A DNA stretch of 64,000 nucleotides from Methanomassiliicoccales archaeon (GTDB lineage: Archaea > Thermoplasmatota > Thermoplasmata > Methanomassiliicoccales > UBA472), in contig DATKZX010000022.1 of assembly GCA_035527755.1 (NCBI GenBank), positions 21,863-85,862 on the forward strand, read 5' to 3'. The translations under genes and the position numbers were made by a program. How positions within the stretch are numbered: the stretch's first letter is position 1; each line of letters begins with the position of its first letter. This document shows positions 49,517 to 58,733 of the stretch, piece after piece. The notes below the pieces were generated by a model. It did not search any database, was not told the DNA's origin, and saw nothing but the letters and a program-made list of their open reading frames with translations.

Positions 49517-50292
49517 TCGCATCCCCTCCTGATCCTTACCGCGGCTCCATCGGGATCGAGGGTCTGTGATGTGAACTCCACCGCCTCCTCCTCCCTTCCC
49601 ATGTCCCAAAGTACCTTGGCCAACTGCAATTTGGCATTATCGGACGATGGGGAAAGCACCTTCAATTCGTCCTCTGCGGCCTGGTGATCTCCCGCCCAGT
49701 GCCTTAGCATTGCTAGGTTGCCACGAGCGGTTCCCTCCAGCTCGGCGATCTGGCCTGCCCTTCGGTAAAGGTCGGCGGCCTTGCCCGCCCTTTCGCGGAA
49801 AGCCTCCTTCCGAGCGTTCTCTCCCAGAGGCAACCGGGAAATGTCCCTTGCGCTTATGGCTAGAAGGTTGCCCAGACGGATCAGGACCATCCCCCACCGT
49901 TCCCCTGGGTAATCCATCTTCTCCGGTATGGCCACTAGCTCACCCAGCATCGATCGGGGTGGGATCTGCTCGTCCCCCATGAGACAAAGGCCCGCCCCTA
50001 GACCGGACAGGTATTGGTCAAGCACGGTAGGTAGGTGTGAACGGTCCTCCACCTGCAGGGTCCTCTGTACCAACAGATAGGGATCGGACCCTTTGCCCAG
50101 CTGTACTTCCCCCTTAGAACTGGGACCGATCCTCAAACAGGCGCTTCGCGAGCCAAATGACCTATTATCGGAACGGGGGTCCACCGCCCATTCACGAAGG
50201 TAAAGCTCCCCTTGGACCTTCTCTAAACATGCAGCGCAAACCATGGCCCCTTCCAATGACGGGGCACCGCAGAAAGTGCAGACCATACGCAT
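49513..50292 (-). CDS. Hypothetical protein with N-terminal zinc ribbon and helical TPR-like C-terminus
   Basis: CTFCG...VCAAC; coupled to the TPR gene. Confidence 0.7.
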   Translation of the reverse strand: MRMVCTFCGAPSLEGAMVCAACLEKVQGELYLREWAVDPRSDNRSFGSRSACLRIGPSSKGEVQLGKGSDPYLLVQRTLQVEDRSHLPTVLDQYLSGLGAGLCLMGDEQIPPRSMLGELVAIPEKMDYPGERWGMVLIRLGNLLAISARDISRLPLGENARKEAFRERAGKAADLYRRAGQIAELEGTARGNLAMLRHWAGDHQAAEDELKVLSPSSDNAKLQLAKVLWDMGREEEAVEFTSQTLDPDGAAVRIRRGCE

Positions 50293-50324
50293 CCCAATGA
50301 GGATAATGGCTACCGGATGATTAA

Positions 50325-51881
50325 TCATTTGTCGCTGCAAAGCCTTTTTCGCATGTAAGGCAGGTCCTTTTCGTATCCTAATGCGGCGTAATATCCTCGA
50401 ACGCCCACTCCGCTAGTGACCTTGATAGCGGAATACCCGGCCCGCCTGGCGGCTTCCTCGGCCTCGCCCAGCAGGCGCCGGCCCAGTCCACGATGCTGCC
50501 ATTCCCCCTCCCCTTCATGTAGTCGGGCCATGCGACCGAAGACCTTCAGTTCGCGCACCAGGGCCGTTTCTCCAGCTGGTAGGCGCAATCGAACGTAACC
50601 GGCCAGGGAATTATTGTCCTGAAGCACCAAGGAGATGAACTCCTCCTTCCCACCGGACGCCTCATAACGTATCGTCCTTGACCGAAGGTCCTCCCAGGTG
50701 TAATCAGTAATGCCTAAAAGTCCCACCTCGCGGCACCTGATGCAGCGGCAGCCAGTTCCTTGGGAACCCAGACGTTGCTGAACTAGTTCCCTCAAGTGCC
50801 CCTTGTCCACTCCAGCCTCGATCAGAGGTACGGGTATATCGCGTTGAATTCTCTGAATGCGAACGTATTCGGGCACCAGTCTTTTCATTTCGGCGATGAC
50901 CTGCACCGCTTCCTCGGTGGAATAAGGGTGATACTCCCCCCTGAGCCACGATTCATACAGCTGTGTGCCTTTGACCACCAAGGTCGGATAGATCTTGATC
51001 ATATCGGGCTGAAAACGTTCATCATTGAACATCTGGGCGAAGGAACGGATGTCCTTTTCAGGGTTCGATCCCGGTAGCCCGGGCATGATGTGGTAGCATA
51101 CCTTCAATCCCAGGTCCTTGGCTATGCGGGTGGCCTCCACAACCTCCTTCACCCCATGCCCCCGATTCACCGCCGCCAGTATCTCATCGTCCAGGATCTG
51201 GACCCCAAGCTCCACCCGGGTGGTTCCCAACCTAAGGCATTCCTTCGTGACTTCCGCCGTCATGGCGTCCGGACGGGTCTCCACGGTCATTCCGATCACC
51301 CGGTGATCCGCCCCTTCATTAATAGCGTGCGCCTCGGCCAGGTCTTTCGATGCTGTTCCATTGAAAGCATCGAAGCACCGTTGCACGAAATGTTCTTGGT
51401 ATTCCCCCAGGCGGGAGGTGAAGGTCCCGCCCATGATTATGAGGTCTATCTTATCGGTGTGATGGCCGATGGCCTGTAATTGTTCCAATCGGGACATGGC
51501 CTGCCTATATGGGTCAAAATCGTTGTCCGCGCCCCGCCGGGCCGCCGGCTCCTTGCCAGTATAGGACTGGGGGGAGTTGTTGTCCACTCCGCCTGGGCAG
51601 TAGGTGCACCGACCATGCGGACAAGGTGCCGGAGAGGTCATCACAGCGACGACCGCCACCCCACTTAATGTCCTGACCGGTTTCCTGCGGAGGATGTCCC
51701 TCATGGCCGGCAGGTCCTCAGGGGACACCAGAGCCAAGGTCTCGGAGTTACGTGGTACGCCAGGTAGACCGTACTTTCCGCTCAGCTTTACCTTGCGGCG
51801 CTGCAGTTCATCCTTATTGCTGATCTCACCGGAGATGAGCAGGCGAATGAGATGCTGATGGTATTCCAGGCGACGGTCCAT
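50325..51881 (-). CDS. elp3: Elp3 tRNA uridine(34) acetyltransferase (radical SAM + KAT)
   Basis: KPVRTLSGVAVVAVM, CPHGRCTYCPGG, ETRPD, VRELKVFG, QHRGLG. Confidence 0.96.
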   Translation of the reverse strand: MDRRLEYHQHLIRLLISGEISNKDELQRRKVKLSGKYGLPGVPRNSETLALVSPEDLPAMRDILRRKPVRTLSGVAVVAVMTSPAPCPHGRCTYCPGGVDNNSPQSYTGKEPAARRGADNDFDPYRQAMSRLEQLQAIGHHTDKIDLIIMGGTFTSRLGEYQEHFVQRCFDAFNGTASKDLAEAHAINEGADHRVIGMTVETRPDAMTAEVTKECLRLGTTRVELGVQILDDEILAAVNRGHGVKEVVEATRIAKDLGLKVCYHIMPGLPGSNPEKDIRSFAQMFNDERFQPDMIKIYPTLVVKGTQLYESWLRGEYHPYSTEEAVQVIAEMKRLVPEYVRIQRIQRDIPVPLIEAGVDKGHLRELVQQRLGSQGTGCRCIRCREVGLLGITDYTWEDLRSRTIRYEASGGKEEFISLVLQDNNSLAGYVRLRLPAGETALVRELKVFGRMARLHEGEGEWQHRGLGRRLLGEAEEAARRAGYSAIKVTSGVGVRGYYAALGYEKDLPYMRKRLCSDK

Positions 51882-51920
51882 TCGTATCCTCAATTTTGAT
51901 CGATTATAAAACGGTGATCA

Positions 51921-52181
51921 TCATCCGAAATAGACCCCGTTCTCCTTGGGGCGGTCATCCTTCTCATCCTTGAAGTCCAGTATATCAAAGAAGAGCACCG
52001 ATCGAGAGGGGACCACCCTGATCGCATCCCCATCTAATCGCAACATCAGTGCCATGTCACTACCATACTGTAAATAGCCGACGAACTCCCCCTCCATCTC
52101 CAAAGTTCCTTCACCGCCCAGAGAAAGCGTCAGACGGTAGTGAGATCCTTTGGTCAATTTGGTCGGGTACTTTTCGTCCAT
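51921..52181 (-). CDS. Small conserved-looking beta-rich hypothetical protein
   Basis: RBS GGAGGT; starts 2 nt after the upstream stop. Confidence 0.65.
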   Translation of the reverse strand: MDEKYPTKLTKGSHYRLTLSLGGEGTLEMEGEFVGYLQYGSDMALMLRLDGDAIRVVPSRSVLFFDILDFKDEKDDRPKENGVYFG

Positions 52182-52183
52182 TC

Positions 52184-52633
52184 CTATACCTCCCTGGCCA
52201 GCCTTTGAAGGTGTTCCACCGTCTTACGATAGGACTGCATTGCCAGTTCGACATTGGCCTCGGTGAAGCTCCATGCCTTGCCCAGATCACCATATCGAAT
52301 ACGGTAGCCCTTCTTCCTTTGACCACCGATCTCCACGGATACGTCCTCCAGGACATCAATTGCCTTCAATTTGTTGAGGTGCCGGTACACGGTTGGCTTG
52401 GTGGTGCCGAGGTATGCGGATAGTTCCTCCACGGCCCACACCCGGTTTATATTACCCAAGAAGCACTCGGTGAACAGTCTGTAAGGAATGCTCTCCTGTA
52501 TGTTTTCAACGTCGGTCTTGGGGTCGTATCCCTTGGAAATGTACCCGATCTGTTTCAGGAACTGCAGGGACACGTCCCTGAGGTCTTCCACCGGGGTCAG
52601 CGGCGTGTTGCTCATGACGTTTAATTCGAACAT
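52184..52633 (-). CDS. Winged-HTH transcriptional regulator
   Basis: VEELSAYLGTTKPTVYRHLNKL. Confidence 0.8.
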   Translation of the reverse strand: MFELNVMSNTPLTPVEDLRDVSLQFLKQIGYISKGYDPKTDVENIQESIPYRLFTECFLGNINRVWAVEELSAYLGTTKPTVYRHLNKLKAIDVLEDVSVEIGGQRKKGYRIRYGDLGKAWSFTEANVELAMQSYRKTVEHLQRLAREV

Positions 52634-52867
52634 AATATCGAATTTATCGTTACTATAAACTAGATATAAATAATTAATTAAGTAATTAGCATAATTATTA
52701 TAGATTATGCAGATTTAATGACGTTTGGACACGTCCAATTATTATCTATTACCCGTTAATACATTTGTCTAAATCATAAGGAAAATTGTACAAAGAGGAT
52801 AGATTTTACCTTAGTAGACAAAAATCCTTTATATGATGTCCAGATTTTGGTTAATACGGTGCTTCAA

Positions 52868-53971
52868 ATGGATAAGAAGATTACCATAATTGCGATTGCT
52901 GTGGCGGCAATAGTGTTGGTAGGCATTATCGCCGTCGCATTCATGGGAGGAAATTCCGATGATGAGAAAGTTGTATATTGGGTTGAGGTCGCTCCCATCA
53001 ACCAAAAAGCGCAGTTGGAGGCAGGGATCATTGATGGAGCCATCACATGGGAGCCCTACGCCTCTGATGCTTACTTGGACGGTACGGCCTCTATCTACAA
53101 ATGGTCTGACCAGATTTGGTCCGATCATCCCTGCTGCGTCATGGTCGTAGATCAGGACTATCTGGCGGAAAATGAGAATATTGTGCTAAGAGTCCTAAAA
53201 GCTCACCAAGTGGCTACAGATTGGATATTGGACAGTTTACAAAATCCAGATGGTGAAAATTACACCAAGCTCCTAGATATTGGTGCTGAGTTCTCCCAGC
53301 GTAACACCAGTGTAGTTGCCAGCTCTTTGGACCATATGCAACTGACCTACGAAATTACTGATGAATTCGAAGGGTGGATGAAGACGATCACCGAGAAATA
53401 CATCAACCTGACGCTGATAGCCAACGGAACCTTGGCCACTCGTGGATATGATGATGTTGATGATTTCATTGACAACTATGTGGACTCTTCACTTCAGGCA
53501 CAAGCGGCCGATGTGGAACCCTCAACCACCATCTTGAACCCTGATGACCCGGTCAGACTGGGATATCTGCTAGGGGATCTACACCAGTTCGCTCGAGTGG
53601 TGGCTGCCAATGATACCCTATGGGGTGAGGATAAGGACCTGTTCGAAGTATACGGAGTAGCTACCGTTACATCCACAGGCGGGCCTTACGCCGCCGGTGG
53701 TCCGGAGATGGACGCGTTCGCATCTGGTCTTGTGGACATCGGTTATCTGGGTAGCCCCCCGGCCATCCTGAAACATCTGAACGGCGGGGTCAATACGCTG
53801 ATAATTTCCCAGGTGAACACCGTTGGTTCAGCCATATTCGTGGATCCGTCCATCACTAGCCTGGACGACTTTAACGGTAAGACCATTGGTACCCCCGGAC
53901 CGTCCTCCATTCAGCATCTGATGTTCTTGGACTATTTCACCAGCAATGGTTTTGTGGTCAAGGCCAAGTAG
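52868..53971 (+). CDS. SsuA/NMT1-type ABC substrate-binding protein, circularly permuted
   Basis: TM anchor; IDGAITWEPY and HPCC precede RLGY..DLHQ, DIGYLGSPP, GKTIGTPGPSSIQH. Confidence 0.85.
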   Translation: MDKKITIIAIAVAAIVLVGIIAVAFMGGNSDDEKVVYWVEVAPINQKAQLEAGIIDGAITWEPYASDAYLDGTASIYKWSDQIWSDHPCCVMVVDQDYLAENENIVLRVLKAHQVATDWILDSLQNPDGENYTKLLDIGAEFSQRNTSVVASSLDHMQLTYEITDEFEGWMKTITEKYINLTLIANGTLATRGYDDVDDFIDNYVDSSLQAQAADVEPSTTILNPDDPVRLGYLLGDLHQFARVVAANDTLWGEDKDLFEVYGVATVTSTGGPYAAGGPEMDAFASGLVDIGYLGSPPAILKHLNGGVNTLIISQVNTVGSAIFVDPSITSLDDFNGKTIGTPGPSSIQHLMFLDYFTSNGFVVKAK

Positions 53972-53984
53972 GTTCCAGGATGCC

Positions 53985-54009
53985 AAACCTTTTAATTTTT
54001 TACCTTTAT
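53985..54009 (+). terminator. AAACC plus U-tract intra-operon 3' signal
   Basis: AAACCTTTTAATTTTTTACCTTTA, 13 nt after the stop. Confidence 0.55.
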
Positions 54010-54033
54010 ATGTGGCCATTTCCATAAGGAGCG

Positions 54034-54900
54034 TTGACTATGGGAGAAGATGATAAGAAAATTAACAAGGTACGGAGCGTTCTGCGCCATATCTGGCCCA
54101 TAAGCCACTTGCTCCATGAAGAAAAAGGCCCGGCGTTTCTTAAGACCCTGACCATCACCGTGATCTCCCTTGTCTCGTTCGTGCTGGTCTGGCAGGGCCT
54201 GTCCATGCTTTTAAACTCACCTTACTTGCCGGAACCTTCGATTGTTCTCCAAGCCTTTGTGGACGCCTTCAACATCACGGATATATCGGTCGGGCGTAAT
54301 ATGTGGGATAATATCTATTCCAGTCTTAACCGCGTGCTGTGGGGATTCGCCCTGGCCTTCGTCATAGCTGTACCTCTAGGATTGGTCATGGGATTCTCCA
54401 AGACCGCTGATGATTTCAGCAAACCTATAATCGAGGTGTTCCGACCGATCCCACCGCTGGCCTGGGCTCCGGTCCTCATCATTGCCATGGGAGTGTTCTT
54501 GGGGCCGGTAGTTGTGATTTTCATAGGCATATTCTTCCCTTTGCTCTCCAACATAGTATTCGGTGTGAGGAACATTGATCCGATCCTGATCGATGCGGCA
54601 CGCACTCTCGGAGCCAAGAGGTCTCACTTGTTCATCAAGGTCATCCTGCCTTCCACCATACCATATATCATGACCGGCATCCGCATAGGACTGGGCATCG
54701 GGTGGATGTGTATCGTGGCTGCCGAGTTCATCGCCCCGATCGGGGGAGGAGTGGGGCAGTACATCTATTTCAAATCCAATATTGGCAGGTATGACCAAGT
54801 GTTCGCTGGTCTGATCGTCATCGCAATTCTTGGGTTGGTGACCACCGAGCTTAGTGGCTACATCGAGCGCCGGGTCTCGAAGAGGATGGGGATGTCGTGA
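54034..54900 (+). CDS. NitT/TauT family ABC permease
   Basis: [34 protein letters not shown]. Confidence 0.93.
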   Translation: MTMGEDDKKINKVRSVLRHIWPISHLLHEEKGPAFLKTLTITVISLVSFVLVWQGLSMLLNSPYLPEPSIVLQAFVDAFNITDISVGRNMWDNIYSSLNRVLWGFALAFVIAVPLGLVMGFSKTADDFSKPIIEVFRPIPPLAWAPVLIIAMGVFLGPVVVIFIGIFFPLLSNIVFGVRNIDPILIDAARTLGAKRSHLFIKVILPSTIPYIMTGIRIGLGIGWMCIVAAEFIAPIGGGVGQYIYFKSNIGRYDQVFAGLIVIAILGLVTTELSGYIERRVSKRMGMS

Positions 54901-55655
54901 AACTGATCATTGAGAACCTAAGAAAGACATTTCCCTTGGACGAGGGGGAACTTGTTGCTATAGAAAAATTCGATCTGGAAGTGACCAAAGGTGAGTTCGT
55001 CTGCATCCTAGGCCCTTCAGGCTGCGGCAAGACAACGATACTTAGAATATTGGCCGGCCTCGATACCCCGACATCTGGGAACATATTCCTGGACGGAAAA
55101 CCTATCTCCGGTTCGGGTTCAGATCGTGGGATGGTGTTCCAGGAGTTTGCGCTATTTCCCTGGCGAAGCGTTCGTAAGAACATAGAGTTCGGAATGGAGC
55201 TTAAAAAGGTGCCCGACGAAGAACGGACCCGGATCTCCCAGAAATACATCGATCTGGTGGGTCTGGATGGTTTTGAGAACGCCCATCCTCATGAGCTCTC
55301 TGGAGGGATGAAGCAGAGAGTGGGCATAGCTCGTGCATTGGCCAATGAACCTGCGATCCTATTGATGGACGAACCATTTGGATCACTTGATGCACAGACC
55401 CGCAACCTCATGCAAAAGGAGCTGCTGCACATATGGGAAGAGACGAAGAAGACTGTGATATTCATCACACATTCAGTCGATGAGGCGGTGTTCCTTTCCG
55501 ACCGCATCGTGGTCATGACCGCAAGGCCCAGTAGCATCGGGGAGATATACGAGATAAAATGGGAGAGGCCGCGCGACCGGGCCTCGCCTGAGTTCGCTCT
55601 CCTGAGGAAGAAGATACTGGACCAATTGGAGAGCATGGTCAGGATCGAGGAATGA
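54897..55655 (+). CDS. NitT/TauT family ABC ATP-binding protein
   Basis: [40 protein letters not shown]. Confidence 0.95.
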   Translation: MKLIIENLRKTFPLDEGELVAIEKFDLEVTKGEFVCILGPSGCGKTTILRILAGLDTPTSGNIFLDGKPISGSGSDRGMVFQEFALFPWRSVRKNIEFGMELKKVPDEERTRISQKYIDLVGLDGFENAHPHELSGGMKQRVGIARALANEPAILLMDEPFGSLDAQTRNLMQKELLHIWEETKKTVIFITHSVDEAVFLSDRIVVMTARPSSIGEIYEIKWERPRDRASPEFALLRKKILDQLESMVRIEE

Positions 55656-56177
55656 TCAAAGCACCTTCGAAGCGGCTATCTCGATGGCCCGCACCATGCT
55701 GTCCCTGGGTACGACCACTGACACGGGTATTCTGACGATCTGTTCCACTGTCGGAGCGACTATCGGGGCACAGACCAATGCCAGTGCTCCATCCCTCTCC
55801 GCCTTGACGGCGGCGATTATGGCATCCTCCATGGTCGAAGCAGGATATTCCTTCACCCGGACGTTCCTTCCGCCGACCCTCATCATCCTCTCCTCTATCT
55901 TGTTCAGGACCGGACGGCTAGCGATGACCGCTATAAACTCTCCACCCGGGTTAGCATCAAGCTTCCGCACACCCTTTATGACCGCACGTATCGTGCGCAG
56001 GTTCGGTTCGCGCTGCTCCTGCAATATCTTGTAGATGGTGCTCGGTGACAGTCCGGTCTTATCGCAGAACTCCGGGACCGATATCTTCAGTTCCTCATCC
56101 AGTATCTTTCGCAGCGCCTCGCGGAAGCCTTCCTCGCTGCGCAGGATGCCCGACATCAGTTCCTCGACCATGCTCAT
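55656..56177 (-). CDS. XRE-type HTH regulator (COG4800-like)
   Basis: SPSTIYKI...REPNLRT, FIAVIASR, AERDGALALVCAPI. Confidence 0.8.
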   Translation of the reverse strand: MSMVEELMSGILRSEEGFREALRKILDEELKISVPEFCDKTGLSPSTIYKILQEQREPNLRTIRAVIKGVRKLDANPGGEFIAVIASRPVLNKIEERMMRVGGRNVRVKEYPASTMEDAIIAAVKAERDGALALVCAPIVAPTVEQIVRIPVSVVVPRDSMVRAIEIAASKVL

Positions 56178-56181
56178 GTCA

Positions 56182-57069
56182 TCACTCACTTTCCTTCTTT
56201 ACGTAGGCGGCCGCGGCCAGACCTGCTACGCATCCCTCGCCCACTGCCTTCGCCAGCTGCCAGGGAAGTCCGGTCACGTCACCGCAAGCGAACACCCCCG
56301 GCGTCTCGGTGGCGCAGGAACGGTCCACGGTGATGTAACCCTTCTCGTCCGGGAAGATGTTCACCTCCATGGCCAGCTCGGTGACCCCTTTGGCCCCAAG
56401 CTCGATGAACACACCGTCCAACACCAGGTCCCGACCGTCGTCCAGTAGCATCCCCTTGACCACTTCGTTCCCGTGGATCCGGGACGGCCAGGCTTTCACC
56501 ATCTCGATATCGGTGGCCTTGACCCTTTCCATTAGCTGAGGAGAGGCCTTGAACTCCTTGGCCACCCAGTAGACCTTGGCAGCATATTCCCGGAGCAAGA
56601 GGGCCGCGGAGGCGGCCATGCTGGCGTCGCCCACAACGGCCACGGTCCTCTTCTTGAAGAAGTTGCAGTCGCAGGAGGCGCAATAACTTACACCCAGGCC
56701 ATGGAACTCCGTTTCCCCCTCCACCTTCAATTTCTTACGGGAGATGCCCGGTGCCAGCACCAGTGCCTTCGTGGTCATTTCCTTAAGGGAATCGGTCTTG
56801 ATCTTGAACCCTTCCTCGATCATTTCTATTGTAAGGATATCTTCTGACAATAGATCGGCGCCGAACTCCCGGGCGGCTTCGAGACCGATCTGCAGCATTT
56901 CGCGGCCTTTGATAGGGCGAGCCCCGAAATAGTTCTCGACATCTGCCTTCTGAAGAGCGCTGTTCTCGATCTTCCCGAGAACACAGACCTTGACCTTCTT
57001 CCTTGAAGCGTGTATGGCCGCCTGCAATCCTGCCGGGCCGGTACCGATGATAATAACGTCGTAATCCAT
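56182..57069 (-). CDS. trxB: Thioredoxin reductase-like flavoprotein
   Basis: IIGTGPAG, GVSYCASCD (CxxC), FACGDVTG. Confidence 0.88.
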   Translation of the reverse strand: MDYDVIIIGTGPAGLQAAIHASRKKVKVCVLGKIENSALQKADVENYFGARPIKGREMLQIGLEAAREFGADLLSEDILTIEMIEEGFKIKTDSLKEMTTKALVLAPGISRKKLKVEGETEFHGLGVSYCASCDCNFFKKRTVAVVGDASMAASAALLLREYAAKVYWVAKEFKASPQLMERVKATDIEMVKAWPSRIHGNEVVKGMLLDDGRDLVLDGVFIELGAKGVTELAMEVNIFPDEKGYITVDRSCATETPGVFACGDVTGLPWQLAKAVGEGCVAGLAAAAYVKKESE

Positions 57070-57141
57070 TCTAACCCCCCGTAAAATGAAAGTGTGAGGA
57101 TAAACGGTTTGCTTAAGAGGTTTGGGCGCTCGATCGATTGA

Positions 57142-57546
57142 TCACAGGTACTTCGAGAACTTCTGTCGCATGAAGTCCTTGTTTCCCGCACCAACGATAC
57201 GATCGGCCTGAACCCCGTTCTTGAAGACCAGCATGGTGGGAATTGCCGTGATGTTGAACTTCATTGGAGTGTTTTCGTTTTCGTCGGTGTTCATTTTTCC
57301 GAACTTGATCTTTCCCTCGAGCTCCGCCGCCAATTGCTCCACTATCGGAGCTAGCATGCGGCAGGGACCGCACCAAGGAGCCCAACAGTCAATGATGATT
57401 ATGGGCGCGCTCTTGATGAATTCCTCGAAATTGCTATCCTTGACCTCAGTGACTCCGGACAATTTCTTCACTCCTTTATCGTTATTTTCTCCCATCAATG
57501 CCTCTAACTTTCGTCTCCTGATCTCAGTGAGTTCATCATCGCTCAT
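57142..57546 (-). CDS. trxA: Thioredoxin
   Basis: WAPWCGPC, AIPT motifs. Confidence 0.96.
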   Translation of the reverse strand: MSDDELTEIRRRKLEALMGENNDKGVKKLSGVTEVKDSNFEEFIKSAPIIIIDCWAPWCGPCRMLAPIVEQLAAELEGKIKFGKMNTDENENTPMKFNITAIPTMLVFKNGVQADRIVGAGNKDFMRQKFSKYL

Positions 57547-57697
57547 CTAGAGACCTCTCAAATCGGTTGTGCATTGTTACTACAAAACCGTATTGAGGTT
57601 CATCTGTATATAACCTTTATCACAATCCTTCTGGGTTGCAGAACATCTTTTTCCCACCCCATAGCTGCAAGGTGGAAAACGATCGACCATTGAAAGA

Positions 57698-58603
57698 TCA
57701 GAACATCAACCATATGTTCTCACCATCGCAACGTATCATCATGCTTCCCTCCTCCATTGTAGTGAAGTACTGCACGGAATTGCTCTCCAACCTGTTCAGC
57801 ACCGAGGAGTGGGGGTGGCCGTAGCTGTTCCCCTCCTCCACGGAGATGAAACCGAACTCGGGGGTTGTCGCCGATAGGAACTCTTGGGTCGTAGAGGTGT
57901 CGCTCCCATGATGGGATACCTTCAGTACATCTATGTCCAGATCGTATCGCTGATCATGAAGGATGATCGATTCGATGTTGTTCTCGATATCACCGGTGAA
58001 CAGCAGGTCGTTCTCTCCATAGGTGACCTTGAGCACGATACTGGCATCGTTGGCGTTTTCCGCCTGAGAATCCAACCAGAGGACCTGGAAGGTGACCGCC
58101 ACGCTTATGTTCAGTTCGTCACCAACATCCAATTCCATGTCAGTGTACACGGGGCAACCTTCCGCCTCTGCCGCCGCCAGGAACCTTTGGTAGCCGACCG
58201 AGTCATAGTCCATGCCGGGGTGGTAGACGCTGCGTACATCGAAGGCTTCGAGCACATCGTCCGCATAGCTCAAATGGTCTGCGTGCGGGTGGGTGATGAC
58301 CAGTGCGTCGAGGACCTCGATACCATGATCACTGATGTACCTTGTCAGATCTGACGGGGCATAGGTGCCACCGGCGTCGATCAGCACGTTCTTCCCATCG
58401 GGGGTGATGATGAGAACGGAGTCGCCCTGACCCACATCGATGAAATGTACGGTCATATTACCCTGAACGTCAGGGTCGTCCTGGACCCCTTCATCCGGAA
58501 ATATCTCCGGGACCCTCAGGCCACCCTCCAAGGCCCATCCCGATATGGCTAGCAGCATCACTGCCACTAGCACTACCAATAATGCCGAGCCCCGTTTCCG
58601 CAT
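57698..58603 (-). CDS. Membrane-anchored ComEC/Rec2-like metallo-beta-lactamase fold hydrolase
   Basis: FIDVGQGDS, THPHADH, FTGD, HHGS, YGHPH. Confidence 0.9.
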   Translation of the reverse strand: MRKRGSALLVVLVAVMLLAISGWALEGGLRVPEIFPDEGVQDDPDVQGNMTVHFIDVGQGDSVLIITPDGKNVLIDAGGTYAPSDLTRYISDHGIEVLDALVITHPHADHLSYADDVLEAFDVRSVYHPGMDYDSVGYQRFLAAAEAEGCPVYTDMELDVGDELNISVAVTFQVLWLDSQAENANDASIVLKVTYGENDLLFTGDIENNIESIILHDQRYDLDIDVLKVSHHGSDTSTTQEFLSATTPEFGFISVEEGNSYGHPHSSVLNRLESNSVQYFTTMEEGSMMIRCDGENIWLMF

Positions 58604-58733
58604 CTCTGTCCCGCTATGCGCGATGACATGCTTCGCTCATAACTGCTTGCCCGTGGATATCAAGCGCCTATCCGAGCCAAGCTTCCGATAATCTTTTTAA
58701 TAGAAGATTGCGATATCCGACCAGGGAGTGCCA

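Noticed and set aside
14123..53971. Pyrrolysine (TAG) readthrough; about eleven genes end in TAG, e.g. ndk, porB, cdc48 and the permuted SBP
   Set aside because: Each protein looks complete at the TAG, and where inspected the downstream sequence is a U-tract, a nearby second stop or an opposing gene; no gene split by an in-frame TAG was seen.
57698..58603. Natural competence system
   Set aside because: Only the metallo-beta-lactamase domain is present; no ComEC channel domain or pilus genes in the window.
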